From the sequence record SRR31156797_8623: a DNA stretch of 44,986 bases, one strand, 5' to 3'. How positions within the stretch are numbered: position 1 is the first letter of the stretch; every line of letters begins with the position of its first letter. The notes below the pieces were generated by a model, which had not been told where the DNA came from, made no database searches, and saw nothing but the letters and a program-made list of their open reading frames with translations. This document shows, in pieces, positions 27,463 to 37,811 of the stretch. The position numbers and the translations under genes are program-made.

Positions 27463-27848
27463 AAATCCTCCATACCAAGATAATGTCAATATTAATGTAA
27501 AACTAATAAATATAAAGAAAATTATATCATAAAATGCTATCTATACGATAGTAATAATAATTGTTATATGATATCCACATATATCCCCGATTTTCATACA
27601 CAATTAGAAACTGACAATAATACAGAAAATATGTCATAATACGACTTAATTATGTAAATTATAAAACATTTCCCTATTAAATAATATATTAAGTTAACAT
27701 AGAAATAATTCTTGTTAACATTTCACATCCAATCTATACATACTGATAAAAACTATTTTACAAATCAAACACATTCTGCGAATAAAAATTATTTAAAATT
27801 TCTGTGTAATGCCATTTAGGCAAATATTTAGTTAAGTGGAGAATCGAA

Positions 27849-28874
27849 ATGAAAAAAAGAATTGTATTAGTTGTTTTAGTTCTTGCTGCAATAGTTTCAG
27901 CAGCTGGATGTGCTAGCGAAGAACCAATCGTAATGGCTTGGTATCCAAACGAATCAGGTGAAGAACTAGAAGCAGCTCGTGACGCTTTCGGTGCAATCAT
28001 CACAGAAGCAACAGGTCGTGAAGTTGAACACAAAACAACTACAGACTACGCTATCGCTATCGAAGCTCTTGTAAACGGAAATGCTGACATCGGATGGACA
28101 GGCGGCGAAGGCTATGTACAAGCTCATGACAAAAACGAAGCAGTCCTGCCTGCATTCACTTCTTCAGGCAAGTCTGGTACTTTGGATGACGCAGTATACT
28201 ACAGCTGGTTATGCGTTAAAAAAGGTAACGAAGACGCTTGGAAGGATGCTGACGGAAACTACACAATCGATAACCTGCCAGGTTCAGTTTTCTCATTCGT
28301 ATCTAACTCATCAACTTCAGGTTTCAAAGTTCCTTCAACAAGCATTGCTGGCTACTTCTCATCTAACTATGATGAGTGGGCAGACCTAACAAAAGACGAC
28401 CTTATCGAAGGCGGCGAAGACATGTTCTTCAGCAAGGTTCTATTCGGTGGTTCTCACCAATTGTCTTGTGTTAACCTGCTAACAGAGCAATCAGAAATAT
28501 CTGCTTTCTGCGACGTTTGCGTAGGCAACTATGTAGAATTAGTAGAAGGCGAACACAACCGTCCAGGTGCTGTTTATCAAGTAATCGAAGGTGCTGAAGA
28601 GCCATTCGATACATTGGTAGGCGAGCAGTTCGTAGCTATCAGTGTAACACCAGTTCTTAACGCTCCTTTTATCTACAACAGTGAAACTCTTTCAGAAGAA
28701 GAAATCACAAAAATTGTTGAATTATTCACATCTGATGAAGTAGCAGCTAACGAAGCTATCTTTGTTCCAAGTGATTCAGACGCTATCGGTCTATTCTCAA
28801 AGAAGAGCGATGAAATGTGTTTCGTAGCAGTTGATGATGCATGGTATCAACCAATCAGAGACTTAGGTAAGTAA
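27849..28874 (+). CDS. phnD: Phosphonate ABC transporter substrate-binding lipoprotein
   Basis: AAGC lipobox, DYAIAIEAL, YYSW, SSTSGF, GGSH; first gene of the phn operon. Confidence 0.9.
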   Translation: MKKRIVLVVLVLAAIVSAAGCASEEPIVMAWYPNESGEELEAARDAFGAIITEATGREVEHKTTTDYAIAIEALVNGNADIGWTGGEGYVQAHDKNEAVLPAFTSSGKSGTLDDAVYYSWLCVKKGNEDAWKDADGNYTIDNLPGSVFSFVSNSSTSGFKVPSTSIAGYFSSNYDEWADLTKDDLIEGGEDMFFSKVLFGGSHQLSCVNLLTEQSEISAFCDVCVGNYVELVEGEHNRPGAVYQVIEGAEEPFDTLVGEQFVAISVTPVLNAPFIYNSETLSEEEITKIVELFTSDEVAANEAIFVPSDSDAIGLFSKKSDEMCFVAVDDAWYQPIRDLGK

Positions 28875-28894
28875 TTAGAGCATACTTGACACTT

Positions 28895-28929
28895 AAGCAT
28901 TTAGCATATAATGTGCTAAATGCTTTTTT
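28895..28929 (+). terminator. Intra-operon stem-loop/attenuator after phnD
   Basis: AAGCATTTAGCA...TGCTAAATGCTT followed by TTTT. Confidence 0.7.
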
Positions 28930-28954
28930 CACATTATTCGAAGGGAAAAATATA

Positions 28955-29839
28955 ATGCAATTATTAAAAATCGAAAATCTAACAAAGGATTACTCCGCTG
29001 ACACAAGAGCGCTGGATAATGCCAGCTTTAAAATCCAATCAGGAGAATTTATCAGTATCATCGGACCTTCAGGAGCAGGTAAGTCAACCCTGCTAAGATG
29101 TCTAAACAGAATGATTGATTCTACAGAAGGCACAATTGACTTTGACGGAATTTCCGTAAATGATTTAAAAAAGAATGAATTAAGGTCACTAAGAACAAAA
29201 ATCGGAATGATATTCCAGCACTATAACTTAGTAGACAGATTAAGCGTTCTAGAGAATACACTGCACGGCAGATTGGGCTACAAATCATCTATAGCTGGTG
29301 TAATCGGCATCTACTCACACGAAGAGAAAGTAAATGCACTGAAAATACTTGATTTCCTTGGACTAAGCGAGCAGGTATATAAAAGATGCGACCAATTATC
29401 AGGCGGACAAAAACAGAGGGTTGGTATAGCAAGAGCATTGATACAAGAGCCAAAGATGATACTCTGCGATGAGCCAATTGCTTCTCTTGACCCATCTACA
29501 TCAAAGATAATAATGGATCATCTAAGAAGAATTTCAGATGAAATGGGCATCACATGCCTAGTTAACCTCCACCAAGTAAATGTTGCTATCAAGTATTCAG
29601 ATAGAATAATCGGTATCAGAGACGGAGTAATCGTCTATGACGGCTCACCAAACTTAAGCGTAGAGGACATTCAGAATATTTATGGCTCTGAAGCCGATGA
29701 ACTAATACTGGATTTAGAACATAAACAGGAAGTAGATGATAAGGTTACAGAAGTAATTCCTAAAACAAATATAATAGATATTGAAACTCTGGCTGAAGAG
29801 GAAGCTATAGCTGAGAAAGAAGTAACAGCTTATGAATAA
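28955..29839 (+). CDS. phnC: Phosphonate ABC transporter ATPase
   Basis: GPSGAGKS, IGMIFQHYNLV, LSGGQKQRV, DEPIASLDP, NLHQV; acidic C-terminal tail. Confidence 0.93.
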   Translation: MQLLKIENLTKDYSADTRALDNASFKIQSGEFISIIGPSGAGKSTLLRCLNRMIDSTEGTIDFDGISVNDLKKNELRSLRTKIGMIFQHYNLVDRLSVLENTLHGRLGYKSSIAGVIGIYSHEEKVNALKILDFLGLSEQVYKRCDQLSGGQKQRVGIARALIQEPKMILCDEPIASLDPSTSKIIMDHLRRISDEMGITCLVNLHQVNVAIKYSDRIIGIRDGVIVYDGSPNLSVEDIQNIYGSEADELILDLEHKQEVDDKVTEVIPKTNIIDIETLAEEEAIAEKEVTAYE

Positions 29840-30641
29840 GTATGAAAATCTAAACTCTATTCAAAAGCGTAAGCTGGGCACTTGGGGATTTGCTTTGGGT
29901 GTGCTTATAGTAACTCTTATTTCAATAATCATTACTGATTATGATGTTATAGACGGATTTACTTCTATTCCAAAAGCAATCGCATGGTCAAGTAAAAATT
30001 TCTACCCAAACAAACACGTTATGCACAGACTCCCAAAGATACTTAAGTATCTTACCAGAACAATATTTTTGGCAATTACATCAACTGTTGCAGCGAGTCT
30101 GTTCGCATGTGTATTTGCATTCCTAGGCTCTGAAACAACCAGAGTAAACAAAGCATTCAGCTCAATTACCAGAGGAATAGCATCTCTGTTTAGGAACATT
30201 CCAGTTGTTGCATGGGCTATGATACTATTGCTGTCATTTGGTCAATCTGATTTAACAGGCTTTTTGGCACTATTTTTTGTCACTTTCGGCTTTTTGACCA
30301 GAGCATTTATGGAGACAATTGACGAATCCGGAAAAGATGCAGTAGAGGGGCTTAAGGCCACTGGAGCTACTTGGTGGCAAATCGCTTTCTGTGCAGTTCT
30401 GCCAGCCAGTCTGCCTCAGATGGTATCGTGGATGCTATTCATGGTGGAAACTAATATCAGATCATCGACTTTAGTTGGTATGCTGACGGGTACTGGTGTT
30501 GGCTTTATTTTTCAGCTTTACTACAAGGCATTCCATATGGAATATAACTACAACGCAGCATCATTAGTTGTTGTATGCATAGTGCTGACAGTATTTATAA
30601 TAGAATTTGTTTCCAACTCAATAAGGAGGGTAATCCTATGA
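29832..30641 (+). CDS. phnE: Phosphonate ABC transporter permease
   Basis: FRNIP, EGLKATGA, ETNIRSSTLVG. Confidence 0.9.
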   Translation: MNKYENLNSIQKRKLGTWGFALGVLIVTLISIIITDYDVIDGFTSIPKAIAWSSKNFYPNKHVMHRLPKILKYLTRTIFLAITSTVAASLFACVFAFLGSETTRVNKAFSSITRGIASLFRNIPVVAWAMILLLSFGQSDLTGFLALFFVTFGFLTRAFMETIDESGKDAVEGLKATGATWWQIAFCAVLPASLPQMVSWMLFMVETNIRSSTLVGMLTGTGVGFIFQLYYKAFHMEYNYNAASLVVVCIVLTVFIIEFVSNSIRRVIL

Positions 30642-31465
30642 GAACCGCTAGTCCTGACGATAAACGCATCGTACTAAAGCCAATGACAAAGCAAAAGTTT
30701 ATACTTGGTCTTACTATCATTGTGTTACTTATATTAACTATATATGGCTTCTATTCATTCGATTATGGCGAAAAGTCAATATTACAAGCCATAAGCGATA
30801 CCTTCCGTGATCTAGGTAAGATGTTTACAGAGCCTGAACTAGAGCACTTTACATTTGGTAAAGCTCTGAGAGAAGTAAGCATAACCTTAGGTCTAGCAGT
30901 GCTTTCTACTCTAATAGGTGCAATCATAGCACTTATTCTGTCTCTATTTGCTGCAGAAAACCTGTCAACAAAATGGGCTTCAACTATAATTAAAGGATTT
31001 GTTGCATTTATTAGGGCTGTACCTACAGTACTATGGGTGTTGATTTTCGCAGTTGCAGCTGGGCTTGGTTCTGTAGCTGCTGTAATAGGTATGACTTTTC
31101 ACACAATTGGTTATCTGATAAAAGCATTTTCTGAAGCATTTGAGGAAGTTGCAGAGGGCACAATTGAAGCTCTAAAAGCATCTGGTGCTAATTGGTGGCA
31201 GATTATTTTCCAAGCTATACTTCCTTCAACATCTACTTATCTATTGTCATGGACATTCTTAAGATTTGAAATCAACTTTACTGTTGCAGTTGCAATGGGT
31301 GCAGCAGCAGGGGCAGGCGGTATAGGTTATCAGCTGTTCATGGCAAGTGCATACTACTTCAACATTCGTGAAGTCGGAACAATCACGTATCTAATATTAG
31401 CAATTGCTATTATTATCGAAATATTTGCAACAAGATTGAAAGTGAAAATTCACGTAGGAGATTAA
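30638..31465 (+). CDS. phnE: Phosphonate ABC transporter permease (second)
   Basis: IRAVP, EALKASGA, LRFEINF, GAGGIG; ATG at 30638 after AAGGAGG. Confidence 0.9.
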   Translation: MRTASPDDKRIVLKPMTKQKFILGLTIIVLLILTIYGFYSFDYGEKSILQAISDTFRDLGKMFTEPELEHFTFGKALREVSITLGLAVLSTLIGAIIALILSLFAAENLSTKWASTIIKGFVAFIRAVPTVLWVLIFAVAAGLGSVAAVIGMTFHTIGYLIKAFSEAFEEVAEGTIEALKASGANWWQIIFQAILPSTSTYLLSWTFLRFEINFTVAVAMGAAAGAGGIGYQLFMASAYYFNIREVGTITYLILAIAIIIEIFATRLKVKIHVGD

Positions 31466-31466
31466 A

Positions 31467-31913
31467 TTGAAAAGAAAACTTAGAACAAAAATTCTGGTCA
31501 AGGATTATAAGCTCTGTCAGGATTTATCTGAAGAGATTGAACAGAATTACACAATAAATGTAATAGAACCTGCCAATACCTGTTTGGTAATGGCTAAGGT
31601 TCTAGAATCTGTCGGTAAAACTGAATTCTATATGTGCGAGATTTTGACCACTGAGGCACGAGTTGAAATAGACGGAAATCTTGGTATAGGTATTATAATG
31701 GGCGACAGCAAAGACCAAGCCATACAGCTGGCAATAATTGATTCTGCTATAAAGGCAAAGCTCAAAGAAACTGCTGCATGGGAGAAAAGACTGCTATCTG
31801 CAAATGAAGAATTGTTACACACCGAACAGGCAGCATTCTCTATAGTAGAAAAGTCAAGGGTAAAATTCGATATAATGGAGGAATATTTTGATGGTATCGG
31901 TAAAAAAAGCTGA
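31467..31913 (+). CDS. phnG: C-P lyase subunit PhnG
   Basis: LVMAKV..S..FYMCEILTTEARV, A.ID, SRVKF; position in the operon; TTG start. Confidence 0.85.
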   Translation: MKRKLRTKILVKDYKLCQDLSEEIEQNYTINVIEPANTCLVMAKVLESVGKTEFYMCEILTTEARVEIDGNLGIGIIMGDSKDQAIQLAIIDSAIKAKLKETAAWEKRLLSANEELLHTEQAAFSIVEKSRVKFDIMEEYFDGIGKKS

Positions 31914-32502
31914 TTTTGATACAGTTCACGATTTGCAGCAGGCTTATAAGAAAATGCTCTATGCGCTTTCATATCCAGGCAAAATATACAATGTATCCGA
32001 ACTGTCAGAGAAAATAAGCCTTAACTTTGACTATAACAAATCATTGCTGCTTTTGGCTCTATGCATTGCAGATAGTGAAGTAACAATATCAATCACAGGT
32101 GATAACAGTAACAATGAATCAGCTGGGAATTACTTAAGAAACATAGCATATACAAATATTGATGAAAATAGAATACCTGACTATCTGATACTATCTGGCG
32201 ATTTTAATGTTGAAAATATTACAGATACGATTGCAATTGGTACATTGATTGATCCTCACAAAAGCACAACTGTATTTATCGAGGTTGAAAAAATTAGTGA
32301 TACAGCTCAATACGAATTATCAGGACCAGGGATTAAAGACAAAACTAACATTAGTATTGATGGCATCTTTGATGAATTTATAAGACTCAGAAATACAAAA
32401 TGCAGAAAATTCCCATTAGGATTTGATATATTTGTATGCGATAAGGTGGGGAATATTATTGGAATTCCAAGAACGACTAAGATTGATGAAGGGAGTATGT
32501 AA
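31891..32502 (+). CDS. phnH: C-P lyase subunit PhnH
   Basis: ALSYPG, GTLIDPHKSTT, LSGPGI, FPLGFD, GIPRTT. Confidence 0.92.
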   Translation: MVSVKKADFDTVHDLQQAYKKMLYALSYPGKIYNVSELSEKISLNFDYNKSLLLLALCIADSEVTISITGDNSNNESAGNYLRNIAYTNIDENRIPDYLILSGDFNVENITDTIAIGTLIDPHKSTTVFIEVEKISDTAQYELSGPGIKDKTNISIDGIFDEFIRLRNTKCRKFPLGFDIFVCDKVGNIIGIPRTTKIDEGSM

Positions 32503-33611
32503 TGGCATACGTTGCAGTTGTTGGCGGCAAAGAAGCCATAGAGCATGCCGAAAAGCTCATTAAATACTACAGATTAAAACACGGTGGAAACTTAAAAGTA
32601 GAACATATACAAAAAGGAATGCGCCAGGCTGTAGACAGGATAATGTCTGAGTCTGGATTCTATGCTCCCCTGTATGCGGCAATAGCATTAAAGCAGGCTG
32701 AGGGAAGCACAGAAGAAGCAACATTTCTTATGAGAGCATATCGTTCCACATTAACCAGAAAGCACTATAGTCAAACTATAATCCCAGAAGACATGAAATG
32801 TATCAGAAGAATATCTGCTGCATTTAAGGAAATACCCGGCGGACAGCTGCTGGGTCCTGCGTATGACTATACCCACAGGCTTCTGGATTTCTCTTTAGCT
32901 AAGGAGAAGAAAAAGGAAAATGAACAGTGGATTGCAGACTTTGAAGAGAGTGAAAAGCATTCCACTGATGAAATTGGAACTTTCCCTAAAGTTTCTGAAA
33001 TATTACGTAAAGAGGGTCTGATGCCCTATCCCCCAAAAAATGATGAAGATATATTCGACATAACTAGAGAAATGCTAACATTTCCTGCTCCACGCTCTGC
33101 AAAACTTCAGGTATTAACAAGGGGTGAAACAGGAGCAGTTACGGCCTTTGCCTATTCCTCATTGAGGGGATATGGCTCTGTACATCCAACAGTTGGTGAG
33201 CTGAGAGTAGGCAATCTGGAAGTATCTATTGATTATCCTTTATCTGATGCAGATGATGAAGATGACGGGTGCTATATCGGCGAAATTCAAGTTACAGAGA
33301 CAGAAAACGTCTGCCCTTATTATGAGTTTGACGGTAAGGATAAGAAAATGCGTCTAGCACTAGGTTATGGATTGGTTCTAGGGCAAAATGAAACAAAGTC
33401 TATTGCAATGTCTATTTTGGACAGAACATTAGATACTGACGGCAATGCTCCATGCAATAATCAGGAGTTCGTGTTAATGCATATTGATTGTCTTGAGGCT
33501 ACAGGATTTATATCACATCTGAAACTCCCTCACTATGTTACATTCCAATCTGAGCTAGACCGTATACGAAAAGGCAACATAGATAAAGCAAAGGAGGATA
33601 AAAATGCATGA
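32502..33611 (+). CDS. phnI: C-P lyase subunit PhnI
   Basis: YVAVVGG, RRISAAFKEIPGGQLLG, HPTVGELR, HLKLPHYVTFQ. Confidence 0.95.
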   Translation: MAYVAVVGGKEAIEHAEKLIKYYRLKHGGNLKVEHIQKGMRQAVDRIMSESGFYAPLYAAIALKQAEGSTEEATFLMRAYRSTLTRKHYSQTIIPEDMKCIRRISAAFKEIPGGQLLGPAYDYTHRLLDFSLAKEKKKENEQWIADFEESEKHSTDEIGTFPKVSEILRKEGLMPYPPKNDEDIFDITREMLTFPAPRSAKLQVLTRGETGAVTAFAYSSLRGYGSVHPTVGELRVGNLEVSIDYPLSDADDEDDGCYIGEIQVTETENVCPYYEFDGKDKKMRLALGYGLVLGQNETKSIAMSILDRTLDTDGNAPCNNQEFVLMHIDCLEATGFISHLKLPHYVTFQSELDRIRKGNIDKAKEDKNA

Positions 33612-34464
33612 TAAACATTACAATTTCGCCTTTTTGGATGAAGGTTCAAAGCGTGAAATACGACGCTCAACTCTAAAGGCTGTTGCAATTCCCGGTTATC
33701 AAGTGCCTTTTGCTTCCCGTGAACTGCCAATTGCCAGAGGCTGGGGTACTGGTGGATTACAGCTGACTTTTTCACTCATTGGCAAGGGCGATATGCTGAA
33801 AGTTATCGACCAAGGCAAGGATGAATCAGTAAACGCAGTCAGTATAAAGCGCTTGGTACAGGCGTCATCAGATATTGAAACTACAACTGATTCTACCAGA
33901 GCAAGTATAATACAGACTCGTCACAGAGTGCCTGAAGTACCTCTAGAAGAAGAACAGATATTAGTACTACAGGTTCCACTGCCAGAGATGCTTCGAATAA
34001 TTGAGCCAAGTGAATATGTTACCAAAAGGCTTCATGCAGATGAAGAATACAGCGGAATCTGGCTGCATCTGTTTGAGGATATTATAAAGTACGATGAAAT
34101 AACTATCGGTGCCAACTACCCTGTAACAGTTCATGACAGATACATAATGTCAACCAGTCCCATACCACGATATGACAATTCAAAGCTCAATGACAGCGAA
34201 GGACTGTATTTATTTGGTGCTGGCAGAGAAAAGAAAATATATGCAATACCCCCGTATACGAAAGTTATATCTCTGGACTTTGAAGACGTTCCATTTAGAA
34301 CTGAAGACTTTGACGGAATGGTATGCAGAATATGCGGTGCAACAAATGTGTACTTTGATGAAGCATTTGACAGTGCCACTGGAGAGAGATACCATCAATG
34401 CTCCGATGCCGGTTATTGCGAAATGAGAGCAAATAGAAATGAGGTTTCACAAAATGTTGAATAA
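33604..34464 (+). CDS. phnJ: Radical-SAM/glycyl-radical C-P lyase PhnJ
   Basis: AIPGYQVPFASRE, RGWGTGG, KVIDQG, CX2CX21CX5C cluster motif (CRIC...CSDAGYC). Confidence 0.96.
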   Translation: MHDKHYNFAFLDEGSKREIRRSTLKAVAIPGYQVPFASRELPIARGWGTGGLQLTFSLIGKGDMLKVIDQGKDESVNAVSIKRLVQASSDIETTTDSTRASIIQTRHRVPEVPLEEEQILVLQVPLPEMLRIIEPSEYVTKRLHADEEYSGIWLHLFEDIIKYDEITIGANYPVTVHDRYIMSTSPIPRYDNSKLNDSEGLYLFGAGREKKIYAIPPYTKVISLDFEDVPFRTEDFDGMVCRICGATNVYFDEAFDSATGERYHQCSDAGYCEMRANRNEVSQNVE

Positions 34465-35296
34465 CGAAAAACCAATACTAAAAGCTCTCCGCATGACAAA
34501 AAAATACGGAAATGGCTGTGACTACTGCAATGACGGCAGCAATCTATTGAATACAAATCGCTGTCCAAAATGCTACACCATCTGGGCTCTGAGAGATGTC
34601 AGCTTCGAAGTCCACGAAGGTGAAATCCTGGGCATTGTGGGTGAATCAGGAAGCGGTAAATCTACAATTATGAAATGCCTATACTTCGATCAAAGTATAG
34701 ATGAAGGTGAAGGGTATATTAAGGAATTCGAAGATGGCGAAACAAATATATTCTCATTGAATTCACAGCAAAAACGCTTCATCAGAAATCACAAGATGGG
34801 TATGGTTTATCAGAATCCTGTACTAGGGCTTAGAATGAGATACTCATCTGTTGGCAATATTGCAGAGAAGCTATTAGCTGCAGGATGCAGAAACGTTGGG
34901 CAAATGACAGGAAGAGCAAGTGAACTGCTAGAGCACGTAGAAATCAATGTTAAGAGAATGAAAGAACCGCCAAAGAACTTCTCCGGCGGTATGCAGCAAA
35001 GAGTACAGATATCGAAGGCACTGGCGAATAATCCCCCTATACTGCTGCTGGACGAGGTGACAACAGGACTTGATTTATCTGTTCAGGCGAGAGTGCTTGA
35101 CCTAATTAAGAAGATTCAAAGAGAGTTTAATATAGCTATGCTGGTTGTAAGTCATGATTTAGGTGTAATCAGAATGTTGTCCGACAGGACTGTGGTTATG
35201 TATCAGGGCAGAGCCGTTGAAAGCGGATTAACCGACCAAATCCTAGAGGATCCACAGGACAAATACACACAGCTGCTGGTTAGCTCAATGCTATAA
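34454..35296 (+). CDS. phnK: C-P lyase ATPase PhnK
   Basis: GESGSGKS, FSGGMQQRVQI, DEVTTGLDLSVQAR, ESGLTDQILEDP. Confidence 0.93.
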   Translation: MLNNEKPILKALRMTKKYGNGCDYCNDGSNLLNTNRCPKCYTIWALRDVSFEVHEGEILGIVGESGSGKSTIMKCLYFDQSIDEGEGYIKEFEDGETNIFSLNSQQKRFIRNHKMGMVYQNPVLGLRMRYSSVGNIAEKLLAAGCRNVGQMTGRASELLEHVEINVKRMKEPPKNFSGGMQQRVQISKALANNPPILLLDEVTTGLDLSVQARVLDLIKKIQREFNIAMLVVSHDLGVIRMLSDRTVVMYQGRAVESGLTDQILEDPQDKYTQLLVSSML

Positions 35297-35307
35297 GTGA
35301 GGTAAAT

Positions 35308-36498
35308 ATGAAAACATTGATAAAAAATGCAAAGATTATAACTCCAGAGGAAATCATTAATGGCGCAGTAGTTATTACTGACAGCATTATTACTGATATC
35401 ATCACATCACCTATTGATTTAAATGATGCTGACGAAATTATTGATGCTAATGGAAGCTACATAATGCCGGGTATTATTGATATTCATGCTGATGACATTG
35501 AGAAAGAACTACAGCCCAGACCAGCCAGCATTTTCCCAATTGAATATGCATTCCGTGAAAGCGAAAAAAAGCTGATTAACAAGGGTATAACAACAATGTT
35601 CCACTCAATGAGTATATACGATAGCAATTATTTCGGCGGTAAAGAAATCCGTACTAAAGATTTCGTTGAATCTATTGCAAAATGGATAAACAATAATAGA
35701 GATAATGGGCTTATTCGTCACAAATTCCACTTAAGATATGAAGTGGATAACTTATCTGGTGTAGACTATGTAATGGATTTACTGAGTACAGATCATGTTG
35801 ACCTTATTTCTTTTATGGATCATACCCCGGGGCAGGGTCAGTACAGAGATTTGAAGAAGTTCAAGGAAGCTATGATAGGCTATGATCATATAACGGAAGC
35901 AATGGCTGATGAAATATTAAAAAAGCGTATGGAAGCTCCCATAATATCAAAAGAGACATTAGAGAATATTGCAAAAATTGCAGCAAAGCACAATGTATCT
36001 ATTGCGTCTCACGATGATGATACTCGTGAAAAAATCGATTGCAATATTTCTTGGGGTGCCAGCATAAGCGAATTTCCCATCACGATTGATGTTGCAAAAT
36101 ATGCTACTAGTCATGGGCTGGATGTTATTGTGGGTGCTCCGAATATCATAATGGGCGGTTCACACAGCGGCAATCTCTCTGCAGCAGAAGCAATAATTGA
36201 CGGCTGTGCAAATATCCTTTGCTCAGATTATAAGCCTTCATCTATTTTGGGTGCAGTATTCTATATGCATGATAAACACGGCATTGACTTAGTACAAATG
36301 GTGAACATGGCTACAATCAATCCTGCAAAAGCAGTAAATATTGACCATAAATTAGGTTCAATTGAAAAGAGTAAGGTATTTGATGCACTGCAGGTCAGTA
36401 TCTGCGATGGATTACCTATTGTTGAAAAAGTATGGGTAGACGGTGAACTGACAGCATCACTGAATTACAGCAAAATAAAGAGGAAAAAACAAGCATGA
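35308..36498 (+). CDS. phnM: Alpha-D-ribose 1-methylphosphonate 5-triphosphate diphosphatase
   Basis: PGIIDIHAD, HLRYE, MDHTPGQGQ, ASHDD, SEFP, GAPN..GGSHSGN, LCSDY. Confidence 0.94.
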   Translation: MKTLIKNAKIITPEEIINGAVVITDSIITDIITSPIDLNDADEIIDANGSYIMPGIIDIHADDIEKELQPRPASIFPIEYAFRESEKKLINKGITTMFHSMSIYDSNYFGGKEIRTKDFVESIAKWINNNRDNGLIRHKFHLRYEVDNLSGVDYVMDLLSTDHVDLISFMDHTPGQGQYRDLKKFKEAMIGYDHITEAMADEILKKRMEAPIISKETLENIAKIAAKHNVSIASHDDDTREKIDCNISWGASISEFPITIDVAKYATSHGLDVIVGAPNIIMGGSHSGNLSAAEAIIDGCANILCSDYKPSSILGAVFYMHDKHGIDLVQMVNMATINPAKAVNIDHKLGSIEKSKVFDALQVSICDGLPIVEKVWVDGELTASLNYSKIKRKKQA

Positions 36499-37109
36499 AT
36501 AAACTGTTAAGTGAACAACCAACGATTCATAAAGATTGCATAATTACAAATACAGAGCTAGGTCAATGGACTGAAATCGGACCAATGTCCTATATTGACA
36601 GTTCAGAAGTAGGCAACTATACTTATCTTGCTGGATATAATCAGGTCAATTATTCTAAAATAGGCAAGTTCTGCTCTATTGCAAGCTTCGTACGTCTTAA
36701 TCCAGGCAATCATCCTGTAGAAAGAGTTACTCAGCACCATATGACATATAGAAGAAAAATGTTCGGTATGATGGATACAGATGACGAAGAATTCTTTGAA
36801 TGGCGTAAATCAAACAGTGTGAACATAGGTAACGATGTATGGCTTGGGCACAATGTATGCGTAATGGCTGGTGTTACTATTGGAAATGGTGCAGTGGTTG
36901 GTTCTGGAGCTATTGTCACTAAGGACTTACCCCCCTATTCCATTAATGTCGGTATACCGGCAAAAACAATCAAATATCGCTTTTCACAAGAAATAATTGA
37001 TGCATTGGAGGATATAAAGTATTGGGACTGGTCTTATGATATCATAAAGGAAAGACTGCTGGAGTTTAACGATGTCGAGCAGTTTGTCAAGAAGTATAGA
37101 GGTGAATAA
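36495..37109 (+). CDS. Phosphonate-operon hexapeptide-repeat acetyltransferase (DapH/CAT-like)
   Basis: IGKFCSIA, NPGNHP, HHMTYR, IGNDVWLG, W.W; embedded in the phn operon. Confidence 0.88.
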   Translation: MNKLLSEQPTIHKDCIITNTELGQWTEIGPMSYIDSSEVGNYTYLAGYNQVNYSKIGKFCSIASFVRLNPGNHPVERVTQHHMTYRRKMFGMMDTDDEEFFEWRKSNSVNIGNDVWLGHNVCVMAGVTIGNGAVVGSGAIVTKDLPPYSINVGIPAKTIKYRFSQEIIDALEDIKYWDWSYDIIKERLLEFNDVEQFVKKYRGE

Positions 37110-37110
37110 T

Positions 37111-37806
37111 ATGGAAAGAATTCTTGAAATAAAGGATTTATATAAGAATTTTGTACTAAAGAATCAAGATGACAAAGTAATACACGGTTGTCAAAATATT
37201 AGTTTTAGTATCAACAAAGGCGAATTTGTTGGCATAACCGGTAAGTCTGGTTCTGGTAAGTCGACTATACTCAAATCTATCTACAGAACTTACTATCCAC
37301 AGTCAGGCAGCATAATGTATACATCAAAGTTATTTGGCAGAATAGATATGTTAAAGGCTACAGAGAGGCAGGTAATAGCCATTAGAATAAATGAAATGGG
37401 TTATGTTACACAGTTTCTTAATGTTATGCCTCGTGTTACTGCAAGAAAAATCGTAGAAAATGCAGTAATGGAAACTCAAAATGATAAGGTTTATGCCGAA
37501 AGTGAAACCGAAAGGATTCTAGAGCATTTTGAACTGCCAAAAGATCTATGGGATACATATCCAAACACATTTTCTGGTGGTGAAAAGCTACGGCTGAATA
37601 TTGCTAGGGCAATGGTAAAGAAACCGGATTTTCTCCTGCTTGATGAACCTACAGCATCACTTGATGCTCACTCAAAGTCTTTGGTAAGAGAACTAATAGA
37701 ACAGCTTAAAGAACAAGGAACTACAATGCTTGGCATATTTCACGATATAGAATTTATGGAGCATCTAGTAGATAAAGAATATTCAATGCAAAAAGGAATT
37801 ATTTAA
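37111..37806 (+). CDS. phnL: C-P lyase ATPase PhnL
   Basis: GKSGSGKS, GYVTQFLNVMPR, TFSGGEKLRLN, LDEPTASLD, GIFHD. Confidence 0.93.
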   Translation: MERILEIKDLYKNFVLKNQDDKVIHGCQNISFSINKGEFVGITGKSGSGKSTILKSIYRTYYPQSGSIMYTSKLFGRIDMLKATERQVIAIRINEMGYVTQFLNVMPRVTARKIVENAVMETQNDKVYAESETERILEHFELPKDLWDTYPNTFSGGEKLRLNIARAMVKKPDFLLLDEPTASLDAHSKSLVRELIEQLKEQGTTMLGIFHDIEFMEHLVDKEYSMQKGII

Positions 37807-37811
37807 ATAGT

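Noticed and set aside
28886-28912. Perfect TTGACA and TATAAT hexamers before phnC
   Set aside because: The spacer is only 15 nt and TATAAT is the loop of the post-phnD hairpin, so an internal promoter is unlikely though not excluded.
36495-37109. Chloramphenicol/streptogramin acetyltransferase resistance gene
   Set aside because: It overlaps phnM and abuts phnL, and matches the phosphonate-operon hexapeptide family.
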